DNA of 64,000 bases from Haliotis rufescens (Eukaryota). Below are positions 51,811-64,000 of the stretch, piece after piece (position 1 is the first letter of the stretch; each line of letters starts with the position of its first letter). The position numbers were made by a program, and so were the translations under genes. Below the pieces are notes generated by a model. The model saw only the letters and a list, made by a program, of their open reading frames with translations. It made no database searches and had not been told where the DNA came from. The stretch lies in assembly GCF_023055435.1 (NCBI RefSeq), contig NW_025964383.1:34100001-34164000 (forward strand), written 5' to 3'.

Positions 51811-52079
51811 AGACTACCATATGAATTGTCCCTACTGTCAATACTGTAATATATTTGCTACATATTGTAACTGTACACTATGTGCTGCTGTGAGCGGTCT
51901 TATTTGAATAAAAGATGATGATGATGAATAACGTCAATTAGGATATAAGTGTAGTCATGTTTTCACAACAGATTTGTACACTGGTCAGTACAGAGATCAA
52001 AGTAATTTGATGAGATTGGTTAAAACAACACCACGTGAACTCTACTGGAAGATATTACATTGTAGTAACAACAGCTAAG

Positions 52080-53652
52080 ATGTATACTCTGAACACATCC
52101 TGCTCACATTAGATAATTCATTTAGAATGTATAACAACATCTGACATGTATACTCTGAACACACCCTGCTCACATTAGATATTCATTTAGAATGTATAAC
52201 AACATCTGACATGTATACTCTGAACACACCCTGCTCACATTAGATATTCATTTAGAATGTATAACAACATCTGACATGTATACTCTGAACACATCATGCT
52301 CACATTAGATATTCATTTAGAATGTATAACAACATCTGACATGTATACTCTGAACACACCCTGCTCACATTAGATATTCATTTAGAATGTATAACAACAT
52401 CTGACATGTATACTCTGAACACACCCTGCTCACATTAGATATTCATTTAGAATGTATAACAACATCTAACATGTATACTCTGAACACACCCTGCTCACAT
52501 TAGATATTCATTTAGAATGTATAACAACATCTGACATGTATACTCTGAACACACCCTGCTCACATTAGATATTCATTTAGAATGTATAACAACATCTAAC
52601 ATGTATACTCTGAACACACCCTGCTCACATTAGATATTCATTTAGAATGTATAACAACATCTGACATGTATACTCTGAACACATCATGCTCACATTAGAT
52701 ATTCATTTAGAATGTATAACAACATCTGACATGTATACTCTGAACACACCCTGCTCACATTAGATATTCATTTAGAATGTATAACAACATCTGACATGTA
52801 TACTCTGAACACACCCTGCTCACATTAGATATTCATTTAGAATGTATAACAACATCTAACATGTATACTCTGAACACACCCTGCTCACATTAGATATTCA
52901 TTTAGAATGTATAACAACATCTGACATGTATACTCTGAACACACCCTGCTCACATTAGATATTCATTTAGAATGTATAACAACATCTAACATGTATACTC
53001 TGAACACATCATGCTGACATTAGATATTCATTTAGAATGTATAACAACATCTGACATGTATACTCTAAACACATCCTGCTCACATTAGATATTCATTTAG
53101 AATGTATAACAACATCTGACATGTATACTCTGAACACATCATGCTCACATTAGATATTCATTTAGAATGTATAACACCATCTGACATGTATACTCTGAAC
53201 ATACCCTGCTCACATTAGATATTCATTTAGAATGTATAACACCATCTGACATGTATACTCTGAACACATCCTGCTCACATTAGATATTCATTTAGAATGT
53301 ATAACACCATCTGACATGTATACTCTGAACATACCCTGCTCACATTAGATATTCATTTAGAATGTATAACAACATCTGACATGTATACTCTGAACACATC
53401 CTGCTCACATTAGATATTCATTTAGAATGTATAACAACATCTGACATGTATACTCTGAACACATCATGCTCACATTAGATATTCATTTAGAATGTATAAC
53501 ACCATCTGACATGTATACTCTGAACATACCCTGCTCACATTAGATATTCATTTAGAATGTATAACAACATCTGACATGTATACTCTGAACACATCCTGCT
53601 CACATTAGATATTCATTTAGAATGTATAACACCATCTGACATGTATACTCTG
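52080..53652. repeat. 65-bp tandem array, about 24 near-identical copies
   Basis: Unit ATGTATACTCTGAACACACCCTGCTCACATTAGATATTCATTTAGAATGTATAACAACATCTGAC. Confidence 0.95.
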
Positions 53653-53864
53653 TCGCGACACAGCATAAATATACATTATACCACCTTATTATTGACGACC
53701 ATCGCTATCTTTCCATATCTAAGAGTTGTTCCAGCACAAACCACACGGGCTATAAGTGACGGCCATTTTAAATTACTGTGCACGCTTGTGCTTTAATGAC
53801 TGAAATTTACGTTTAACTTTATGCAGGGATATGAATGACTGGGGAAAGCTCTGATCTAACTTAC

Positions 53865-55610
53865 CTTTCATATACAGCGGAAAGGCCATGCACCAAACAC
53901 CACTATCTACAGCGACCCAGATCCATTATCATTTCATACCGCATTGCTATTTTGTGAGGGATTGCCAATGCGCGCGGACATGTAGGTAGAATGACATCCA
54001 ATTAAATGTGTCATTTAATATCCTATACGTATAACTACCTGCTTGCCATTATTGCTGACGGTACGTGCCATTGTTACTGACGGTACGGGTTTTCATTTCA
54101 GCTTAATCATTGAATCATACACATGTATCGTGTTCAGCAACACATGCAATGTTTGTGGGAAATAAGAATAGCATGAATGTCAGTTTGGTTTGTAGTTGGC
54201 AAAGTAAGTTGACATGGAAACGTACGGAAACCTATTGTGACATTATCCCACAATTTAACATTTTGACAACGTCCAGTAGAGAACATAATCGGTAACTTTA
54301 TCTAAATTGTGTAATTTATTACAAGCCAGGAAACAGAATGAAATGTGTCAAGTGATATCTTTGTGTTTCATTTTTTTATGCACCGAAACTGTTGTAAGAG
54401 CATGCTAATATTTCAAATGGTAACTTTAATCCCAAAATAACTATTTAAAAATGACATCTTTGAAGTCTGATTGCAAGTAAGGACAATATATATGGACGAA
54501 CATCTACTTTGTTACAATTAGTAGTGACGTTTCGGTGTAGGTTCTAACACCGTTATCAAGCAAGTGATGTACAGAGTATGATTGACAAGCATATACAGGT
54601 ATGAGGCAGTGTTTATACAGTTGAGTCGATTGGGATGTAATTACATTTTTTATAACACTGGCTTCACCTGTTAAGATGTTTACCTTATCTCACCCGTCTT
54701 GAGTACATAACAGGCTTCTCCACTCCACTGTAACTACATCCCCATAAACTCAACTGTCTAAACGACGCCTCATACCTGTAATATATGCTTTGTCAAATGC
54801 CAAACGTGTGCTGCATTGTAGTTAGTCTCTTATCGATAGCGAGAACTTGTATCTGATTTTAATGAGATTGAGGTAATCTATGTGATAAATCCTGTATTCA
54901 AAGCAATAATTGTTTGTTTTTAAGCACGTTTATCTCTGCAGCCCTCGTAATATGCGGCTACCAGCCGACTCGTCTCGCATCCAAACACGGCCTGTGTACT
55001 CGCGGGCAGATGACCGCGGAGTACGCTGATCACCGTGTCGGATTAACGAGTCTTGGCTGTATTTAAATTTCCAAGATCGGCTGTGTGTGTTGTGAATTAC
55101 ATGAACCTGCAGATACGAGCACGCATGAACTACAAATAATAGGTAATGTTACCGACCTCTTCTTGGTATCTCTTCTCCAGCTCACTGAAAGCATGAACTA
55201 CAAATGAAAGACAATGCGACCTACTTCTGCCTCTCTCCTTCAGCCTTTACATCTCCCAAACCAAACACACCCGTGAGATATTTACTGACACTGATGATCA
55301 GTACTGCTTCCGGCCTCATCCCTGCCCTGGCTAATAATCTGGACACAGTAACCATTGGATACCTCGAGTATGCAAATACGACTAAGCGCCGCATCGGCAA
55401 TCACGAAGCTGCATGACAATAAACTGTAAAATGCATTTGCCGTGAAACATGCATTAGACTGACATATATACACTGGGGTCAATTGTAATTGGGTCCCCGC
55501 TTCGGCAGTTTCCGTAAACAAACGGCTGCCTTTGGTAGCTTCTGTATGAAAGACAAAAGGACCATATAAATGAGCTGGACGTCAGAAGTATGGCGTAAAT
55601 CTCCGCCCCT
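53865..55610 (-). pseudogene. Decayed cysteine-rich (WSC-like) exon remnants
   Basis: Splice-like boundaries (CTCCTATAG| at about 55610, |GTAAC at about 55152, CTGCAG| at about 55107, AAG|GTAAGT at about 53865) around C..C..FIVMQLRDCRCG-like text with multiple stops. Confidence 0.25.
54450..54795 (-). mobile_element. Penelope-like element end with hammerhead-like motif and long inverted repeat
   Basis: Minus strand TTGATAA-CGGTGT-TAGAACCT-ACACC-GAAAC-GTC; about 60-bp inverted repeat 54585-54645 / 54729-54794. Confidence 0.5.
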
Positions 55611-55629
55611 ATAGGAGAAAGTGAAGCCG

Positions 55630-58600
55630 GAGTGACTGCAGGGGACTGCAGTAGGAGTGAGGGATATGTGTGGAGGTGACTGCAGTAGGAGAGAGGGATA
55701 TGTGTGGCGGTGACTGCAGTAGGAATGAGGGATATGGGTGGCGACGATTGCAGGGGACAGCAGTAGAAGTGAGGGATATGTGTGGCGGTGACTGCAGGGG
55801 AGTACAGTTGGAGTGAGAGATATGTGTGGCGGTGACTGCAGGGGACTGCAGTAGGAGTGAGGATATGGGTGGCGGCGACTGCAGTAGGTGGGAGGGATAT
55901 TTGACTGCCGTAGGAGATAGGGATATGTGTGGCGGGGACTGCAGCGGACTGCAGTAGGAGTGAGAGATATGTGATGTGTGGCGGTGACTGCAGGGGAGTA
56001 CAGTAGGAGTGAGGGATATGGGTGAAAGCGACTGCAAGGAACTGCAGTAGGAGTGAGGCATATTGGTCGCGGTGACTGCAGGGGACTGCAGTAGGAGTGA
56101 CGGGGTTGGGTGGTAATGACTGCAGTAGGAGTGAGCGATATGTGTGGCGGTGACTGCAGGGGACTGCAGTAGGAGTGAGGGAGATAGATAGATAGATATT
56201 CTTTATTTCCTCCAGATATTGAAGATACATATCATATATGATATTATGTATAATTACAGAGCTGTATAGTAGTACAATTGAACAATATTATTAGAAATGA
56301 TAACTACAAAATGCATGACAATCAAGCATTCTTATAACTGTTTTGTAACAGATACAGCCATTTCCTACAATGTCTTGACACAATAACCATAAGGTCACCC
56401 CATAGACTTTGAGATAAAGAGCTAACACACTCAGGCATACCGCCAAGTAGTACAGACAGGATTATATCATCGTCCTCACTACATAGTCTTGCAAATGTAG
56501 AGACATCTATCACATCACAAATGATTTCAAAAAGTTCATTTCTGTCATTCATATTCAATGTACAATACAGAAAGACATGCTTCATAATATCATGAGCTAC
56601 AATTCCACATCGACATTCCCTAGATTCCATATTTATGCATCCCAGCCGTACAAGATGAGACAGGTTTGGGAACTGTTCAGGACGTTCAAGTGCAAGTAGC
56701 CAGAGTCTGTGTTCTTTATCATTACGTAGCGAAACATATCTATTTAAGTTAAGTCTAGATAGCAGCTTAGAGCATACAGCTTCCTGGTCTGCAGAAATAA
56801 TCCTTTCCTTAACAATATCAGACCATGCCTTTTTACTTGGGAAGCTACATTTAATTAGATAATCTTCTTTTTCTGCATTAAGATTGTATTTTTTGACAAG
56901 TCTGAGCATGTTATATACAGGTGACAAAGCACATCGTTTTTTGAAGTTATCCAACGCTATTTCGTATCTAAACTGCCCAAGGCGAGTAATGAATACCTTT
57001 TTAAAGACATAGCTGTAACTGGATCGGCATAGTTTTCCAAGTAGTAACAGTGACTGTTTGTCAATATAGGATTGGAGAGATATCAAGCCCATGTTGTCCA
57101 CAGCAACAGTACCTGATGTACATTTTGGAAGGCCCTGTATTTTTCTACTGAAATAACGTTGAATAACTTCCAGCATATCGTATTCTTTGAGGGTTAATAG
57201 CCCCCAGACATTACATCCATAGAGTCCGCATGGGAGTATCACTCGTTCCCAGATCCTTTTTGCTGGGATTGGATTCATGCCTCCAAACTTTAGTCCAGTA
57301 TCGTTATTACTATTTATTAACATTTTTAACTTTTCACAAGCTAATTGTGTTCGTTCTAAGGAAGACTTATCAGAGCTAATCCTGACACCTGCATATATTA
57401 TAGATTGCTGAAGTGGAACACAGATACTGCCCAAGTACAGTGATTGAGAGCAGATAAATTTACGCTGCACATCAAATATTAGAACAGCGCTTTTCGTGAC
57501 ATTGTACTTAAGCTGCCATTTATATGCATACTGATTTACAACATTGAGAAGATCTTGAAGGCCTGTTGGTGAGCTACTAAACAGTGTTGTATCATCTGCC
57601 AAGAGCTGGCCTGGAGTATGTGCCCACGGCAGATTTAGTCCTTGCTTAGAGCGTTCCAGCTCGCATAACAGATCATTTATATATAATGTAAAGAGCCAAG
57701 CAGATATAACTCTGCCTTGACCAACTCCTTGGCGTACATGAAACAAGTCTGATCTAAAGCCTGCAAAGCTGACATAGGAGTACATAGACATATAAGACCT
57801 ACGTAGTATTCGCCATGTTTTACCCGTGATACCAAGGTCATAAAGTTTTAGAAAAAGGCCATCTAGCCATACCCTTTTAGGAGTGACGGGGTTGGGTGGT
57901 AATGACTGCAGTAGGAGTGAGCGATATGTGTGGCGGTGACTGCAGGGGAGTGCAGTAGGAGTGAGGGAGTTGGGTGGCGGTGACTGCAGTAGGAGTGAGG
58001 GATATGTGTTGTCGGGGACTGCGGTATGAGTGAGGGATATGTGTGGCGGTGACCACAGTAGGAGTGAGGGATATGTTTGGCGATCACTGCAGGGGACTGC
58101 AATAGGAGTGAGGGATATGTGTGGCAGTGGCTGCAGGGGACTGCAGTAGGAGTGAGGGATATGTGTGGCGGTGATTACAGGGGACTGCAGTAGGAGTGAG
58201 GGATATGTGTGGCGGTGATTACAGGGGACTGCAGTAGGAGTGAGGGATATGTGTGGCGGTGACTGCAGGGGAGTACAGTAGGAGTGAGGATATGTTTGGC
58301 GGTGACTGCAGGGGACTGCAGTAGGAGTGAGGGATATGTGTGGCGGTGACTGCAGAAGGAGTGAGGGATATGTGTGGCGGTGACCACAATAGGAGAGGGG
58401 GATATGGGTGGCCGTGTCTGCAGTAGGAGTGAGGGATATGGGTGGCGACGATTGCAGGGGACTGCATTAGGAGTGCGGGATATGTGTGGCGGTGACTGCA
58501 GGGGAGTACAGTAGGAGTGAGGATATGTTTGGCGGTGACTGCAGGGGACTGCAGTAGGAGTGAGGGATATGTGTGGCGGTGACTGCAGAAGGAGTGAGGG

Positions 58601-61600
58601 ATATGTGTGGCGGTGACCACAATAGGAGAGGGGGATATGGGTGGCCGTGTCTGCAGTAGGAGTGAGGGATATGGGTGGCGACGATTGCAGGGGACTGCAT
58701 TAGGAGTGCGGGATATGGTAGGCGGCGACTGCAGGGGACTGGGGTAGGAGTGAGGGATATGTGTAGCGATGATTACAGGGGACTGCAGTAGGGTTGAGAG
58801 ATATGGGTGGCGACGATTGCAGGGGACTGCAGTAGGAGTGAGGGATATGTGTCGCGGTGACTGCCGGGGAGTACAGTTGGAGTGATGGATATGTGTGGCG
58901 GCGACTGCAGGGGACTGCAGTAGGAGTGAGGATATTGGTGGCGGCGACTGCAGTAGGTGGGAGGGATATGTGTGCCGGGGACTGCAGCGGAGTGCAGTAG
59001 GAGTGCAGTAGGAGTGAGGGATATTGGTGGCGGTGACTGCAGGGGACTGCAGTTGGAGTGAGGATATGTGTGGCGGTGACTGCAGGGGACTGGAGTAGGA
59101 GTGAGGGATATCAGTGGCGATGACTGCAGGGGACTGCAATAGGAGTGAGGGATATGTGTGGCGGTGACTGCAGGGGACTGCAGTAGGAGTGAGGGATATG
59201 GGTCGCGGTGAATGCAGGGGACTGCAGTAGGAGTGAGAATAGGGGTGGCGATGACTGCAGGGGACTGCATTAGGAGTGAGGGATATATGTGGCGGCGACT
59301 GCAGGGGAGTACAGTTGGAGTGAGGGATATGTGTGGCGGTTACTGCAGGGGACTGCAGTAGGAGTGAGGGATATGTGTGGCGATGATTACAGGGGACTGC
59401 AGTAGGAGTGAGGGATATGTGTGGCGGCGACTGCAGGGGACTGCAGTAGGGTTGAGAGATATGTGTGGCGGTTACTGCAGGGGACTGCAGTAGGAGTGAG
59501 GGATATGTGTGGCTGTGACTGCAGGGGACTGCAATAGGAGTGAGGGATATGTGTGGCGGTGACTGCAGGGGCCTGCAGTAGGAGTGAGGGATATGGGTCG
59601 CGGTGAATGCAGGGGACTACAGTAGGAGTGAGAATATGGGTGGCGATGACTGCAGGGGACTGCATTAGGAGTGAGAGATATATGTGGCGTTGAGTGCAGG
59701 GGAGTACAGTTGGAGTGAGGGATATGTGTGGCGGTTACTGCAGGGGACTGCAGTAGGAGTGAGGGATATGTGTGGCGGCGACTGTAGGGTAGTACTGTTG
59801 GAGTGAGGGATATGTGTAGCGGCGACTGCAGGGGCCTGCAGTAGAGTTGAGAGATATATGTGGCGGTGACTTCAGGGGACTGCAGTAGGAGTGAGGAATA
59901 TGTGTGGCGGGGACTGCAGTAGGAGATAGGGATATGTGTGGCCGTTACTGCAGGGGACTGCAGTAGGTGTGAGGGATATGTGTGGGGATGACTGCAGGGG
60001 ACAGCAGTAGGAGTTAGGGATATGTTTGGCAGTGACTGCAGTAGGAGTGAGGGATATGTGTGGCAGGGACTGCAGAGGACTGCAGTAGGAGTGAGGGATA
60101 TTTGTGGCGGGGACAGCAGTAGCAGTGAGGGATATGGGTGGCGGGGACAGCAGTAGGAGTGAGGGATATGGGTGAAGGCGACTGCAGGGAAATTGCAGTA
60201 GGAGTGAGGGACATGGGTCGCGGTGACTGAAGGGGACTGCAGTAGGAGTGCGGGATATGGGTGGCGGCGACTGCAGGGGACTGCAGTAGGAGTGAGGGAT
60301 ATGTGTGGCGATGATTACAGGGGACTGCAGTAGGAGTGAGGGATATGTGTGGCGGCGACTGCAGGGGACTGCAGTAGGGTTGAGAGATATGTGTGGCGGT
60401 GACTGCAGGGGACTGCAGTAGGAGTGAGGGATATGTGTGGCTGTGACCACACTAGGCGAGAGCGATATGGGTGGCGGTGAATGCAGTAGTAGTGAGGGAT
60501 ATGGGTGGCGACGATTGCAGGGGACTGCAGTAGAAGTGAGGGATATGTGTGGCGGTGACTGCAGGGGAGTACAGTTGGAGTGAGGGATATGTGTGGCGGT
60601 TACTGCAGGGGACTGCAGTAGGAGTGAGGGATATGTGTGGCGATGATTACAGGGGACTGCAGTAGGAGTGAGGGATATGTGTGGCGGCGACTGCAGGGGA
60701 CTGCAGTAGGGTTGAGAGATATGTGTGGCGGTTACTGCAGGGGACTGCAGTAGGAGTGAGGGATATGTGTGGCTGTGACTGCAGGGGACTGCAATAGGAG
60801 TGAGGGATATGTGTGGCGGTGACTGCAGGGGCCTGCAGTAGGAGTGAGGGATATGGGTCGCGGTGAATGCAGGGGACTACAGTAGGAGTGAGAATATGGG
60901 TGGCGATGACTGCAGGGGACTGCATTAGGAGTGAGAGATATATGTGGCGTTGAGTGCAGGGGAGTACAGTTGGAGTGAGGGATATGTGTGGCGGTTACTG
61001 CAGGGGACTGCAGTAGGAGTGAGGGATATGTGTGGCGGCGACTGTAGGGTAGTACTGTTGGAGTGAGGGATATGTGTAGCGGCGACTGCAGGGGCCTGCA
61101 GTAGAGTTGAGAGATATATGTGGCGGTGACTTCAGGGGACTGCAGTAGGAGTGAGGAATATGTGTGGCGGGGACTGCAGTAGGAGATAGGGATATGTGTG
61201 GCCGTTACTGCAGGGGACTGCAGTAGGTGTGAGGGATATGTGTGGGGATGACTGCAGGGGACAGCAGTAGGAGTTAGGGATATGTTTGGCAGTGACTGCA
61301 GTAGGAGTGAGGGATATGTGTGGCAGGGACTGCAGAGGACTGCAGTAGGAGTGAGGGATATTTGTGGCGGGGACAGCAGTAGCAGTGAGGGATATGGGTG
61401 GCGGGGACAGCAGTAGGAGTGAGGGATATGGGTGAAGGCGACTGCAGGGAAATTGCAGTAGGAGTGAGGGACATGGGTCGCGGTGACTGAAGGGGACTGC
61501 AGTAGGAGTGCGGGATATGGGTGGCGGCGACTGCAGGGGACTGCAGTAGGAGTGAGGGATATGTGTGGCGATGATTACAGGGGACTGCAGTAGGAGTGAG

Positions 61601-64000
61601 GGATATGTGTGGCGGCGACTGCAGGGGACTGCAGTAGGGTTGAGAGATATGTGTGGCGGTGACTGCAGGGGACTGCAGTAGGAGTGAGGGATATGTGTGG
61701 CTGTGACCACACTAGGCGAGAGCGATATGGGTGGCGGTGAATGCAGTAGTAGTGAGGGATATGGGTGGCGACGATTGCAGGGGACTGCAGTAGAAGTGAG
61801 GGATATGTGTGGCGGTGACTGCAGGGGAGTACTGTTGGAGTGAGGGATATGTGTAGCGGCGACTGCAGGGGACTGCAGTAGGGTTGAGAGATATGTGTGG
61901 CGGTTAATGCAGGGGACTGCAGTAGGAGTGAGGGATATGGGTCGCGGTGAATGCAGGGGACTGCAGTAGGAGTGAGAATATGGGTGGCGATGACTGCAGG
62001 GGACTGCATTAGGAGAGAGGGATATATGTGGCGTTGACTGCAGGGGAGTACAGTTGGAGTGAGGGATATGTGTGGCGGTTACTGCAGGGGACTGCAGTAG
62101 GAGTGAGGGATATGTGTGGCGGTGACTGCAGGGGAGTACAGTTGGAGTGAGGGATATGTGTAGCGGCGACTGCAGGGGACTGCAGTTAGAGTGAGGGATA
62201 TGTGTGGCGGGGACTGCATTAGGAGATAGGGATATGTGTGGCGGTGACTGCAGGGGACTGCAGTAGGAGTGAGGGATATGTGTGGCTGTGACCACACTAG
62301 GCGAGAGCGATATGGGTGGCGGTGAATGCAGTAGTAGTGAGGGATATGGGTGGCGACGATTGCAGGGGACTGCAGTAGAAGTGAGGGATATGTGTGGCGG
62401 TGACTGCAGGGGAGTACTGTTGGAGTGAGGGATATGTGTAGCGGCGACTGCAGGGGACTGCAGTAGGGTTGAGAGATATGTGTGGCGGTTAATGCAGGGG
62501 ACTGCAGTAGGAGTGAGGGATATGGGTCGCGGTGAATGCAGGGGACTGCAGTAGGAGTGAGAATATGGGTGGCGATGACTGCAGGGGACTGCATTAGGAG
62601 AGAGGGATATATGTGGCGTTGACTGCAGGGGAGTACAGTTGGAGTGAGGGATATGTGTGGCGGTTACTGCAGGGGACTGCAGTAGGAGTGAGGGATATGT
62701 GTGGCGGTGACTGCAGGGGAGTACAGTTGGAGTGAGGGATATGTGTAGCGGCGACTGCAGGGGCCTGCAGTAGAGTTGAGAGATATGTGTGGCGGTGACT
62801 GCAGGGGACTGCAGTTAGAGTGAGGGATATGTGTGGCGGGGACTGCATTAGGAGATAGGGATATGTGTGGCGGTGACTGCAGGAGACTGCAGTAGGAGTG
62901 CGGGATATGTGAAGCGGTGGACTGCAGTAGGAGATAGGGATATGTGTGGCCGTCACTGCAGGGGACTGCAGTAGGAGTGAGGGATATGTGTGGGGGTGAC
63001 TGCAGGGGACAGCAGTAGGAGTGAGGAATATGTTTGGCAGTGACTGCAGTAGGAGTGAGGGATATGTGTGGCAGGGACTGCAGAGGACTGCAGTAGGAGT
63101 GAGGGATATTTGTGGCGGGGACAGCAGTAGTAGTGAGGGATATGGGTGGCGGGGACAGCAGTAGGAGTGAGGGATATGGGTGAAGGCGACTGCAGGGCAA
63201 TTGCAGTAGGAGTGAGGGACATGGGTGGCGACGATTGCAGGGGACTGTAGTAGAAGTGAGGGATATGTGAGGCGGTGACTGCAGGGGAGTACTGTTGGAG
63301 TGAGGGATATGTCTAGCGGCGACTGCAGGGGACTGCAGTAGGGTTGAGAGATATGTGTGGCGGTGAATGCAGGGGACTGCAGTAGGAGTGAGGGATATAG
63401 GTCGCGGTGACTGCAGGGGACTGCAGTAGGAGAGAGAATAGGGGTGGCGATGACTGCAGGGGACTGCATTAGGAGTGAGGGATATATGTGGCGTTGACTG
63501 CAGGGGAGTACAGTTGGAGTGAGGGATATTTGTGGCGGTTACTGCAGGGGACTGCAGTAGGAGTGAGGGATATGTGTGGCGGTGACTGCAGGGGAGTACA
63601 GTTGGAGTGAGGGATATGTGTAGCGGCGACTGCAGGGGCCTGCAGTAGAGTTGAGAGATATGTGTGGCGGTGACTGCAGGGGACTGCAGTAAAAAGTGAG
63701 GGATATGTGTGGCGGGGACTGCAGCAGGAGATAGGGATATGTGTGGCGGTGACTGCAGGAGACTGCAGTAGGAGTGCGGGATATGTGTAGCGGTGGACTG
63801 CAGTAGGAGATAGGGATATGTGTGGCCGTTACTGCAGGGGACTGCAGTAGGTGTGAGGGATATGTGTGGGGATGACTGCAGGGGACAGCAGTAGGAGTGA
63901 GGGATATGTTTGGCAGTGACTGCAGTAGGAGTGAGGGATATGTGTGGCAGGGACTGCAGAGGACTGCAGTAGGAGTGAGGGATATTTGTGGCGGGGACAG
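55630..64000. repeat. ~44-bp G-rich satellite (34-bp variants) with higher-order duplications; runs off the window end; interrupted by a LINE
   Basis: Unit GACTGCAGGGGACTGCAGTAGGAGTGAGGGATATGTGTGGCGGT; 1260-bp exact tandem block. Confidence 0.95.
56184..57877 (-). mobile_element. Young 5'-truncated LINE (RT C-terminal half plus Cys/His tail) inserted in the satellite
   Basis: Stop-free frame from RVWLDGLFLKL (about 57875) through QGVGQGRVISAWLFTLYINDL, LLADD and ECRCG..HVFLYC to the stop at 56322; 3' end AATAAA + (ATCT)n; flanks duplicated over 92 bp. Confidence 0.92.

Noticed and set aside
52080-53652. Possible CRISPR array
   Set aside because: The units are contiguous with no unique spacers, there are no cas genes, and the context is eukaryotic.
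53651-53700. TGTCGCGAC as an LTR start
   Set aside because: No second LTR, PBS or gag/pol sequence is visible.
55454-63469. Many Ser/Pro/His/Cys-rich ORFs on the minus strand
   Set aside because: They are translations of the 44-bp satellite, cycling through frames.

Overview
AT-rich, intron-containing animal genomic DNA. The SINE, Tc1 and Helentron complement and the gene content suggest a gastropod mollusc, possibly abalone (inference). Two intact multi-exon genes can be reconstructed on the minus strand: a 14-coding-exon arylsulfatase B-like gene (491-6509, 478 aa) and a 5-coding-exon SLC16/MCT transporter (35123-47296, 453 aa). Two decayed cysteine-rich extracellular-protein loci (PAN/WSC-like) are weakly supported. 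The rest is repeat: at least four SINE families sharing one 3' stem-loop tail, three LINEs, Tc1 elements, a MULE derivative, Helentron derivatives, Penelope-like ends with hammerhead-like motifs, and three large tandem arrays (16, 65 and about 44 bp units). The most notable observations are: (1) a tRNA-headless SINE whose 5' end folds into a predicted pseudoknot, a candidate self-cleaving RNA; (2) a young LINE with a 92-bp target-site duplication inside a satellite; (3) a 5.6-kb array made of tandem 5' splice-site consensus that abuts an exon-like segment; (4) a candidate in-frame 27-nt microexon just after the sulfatase active-site motif. All coordinates were read by eye and no searches were run.
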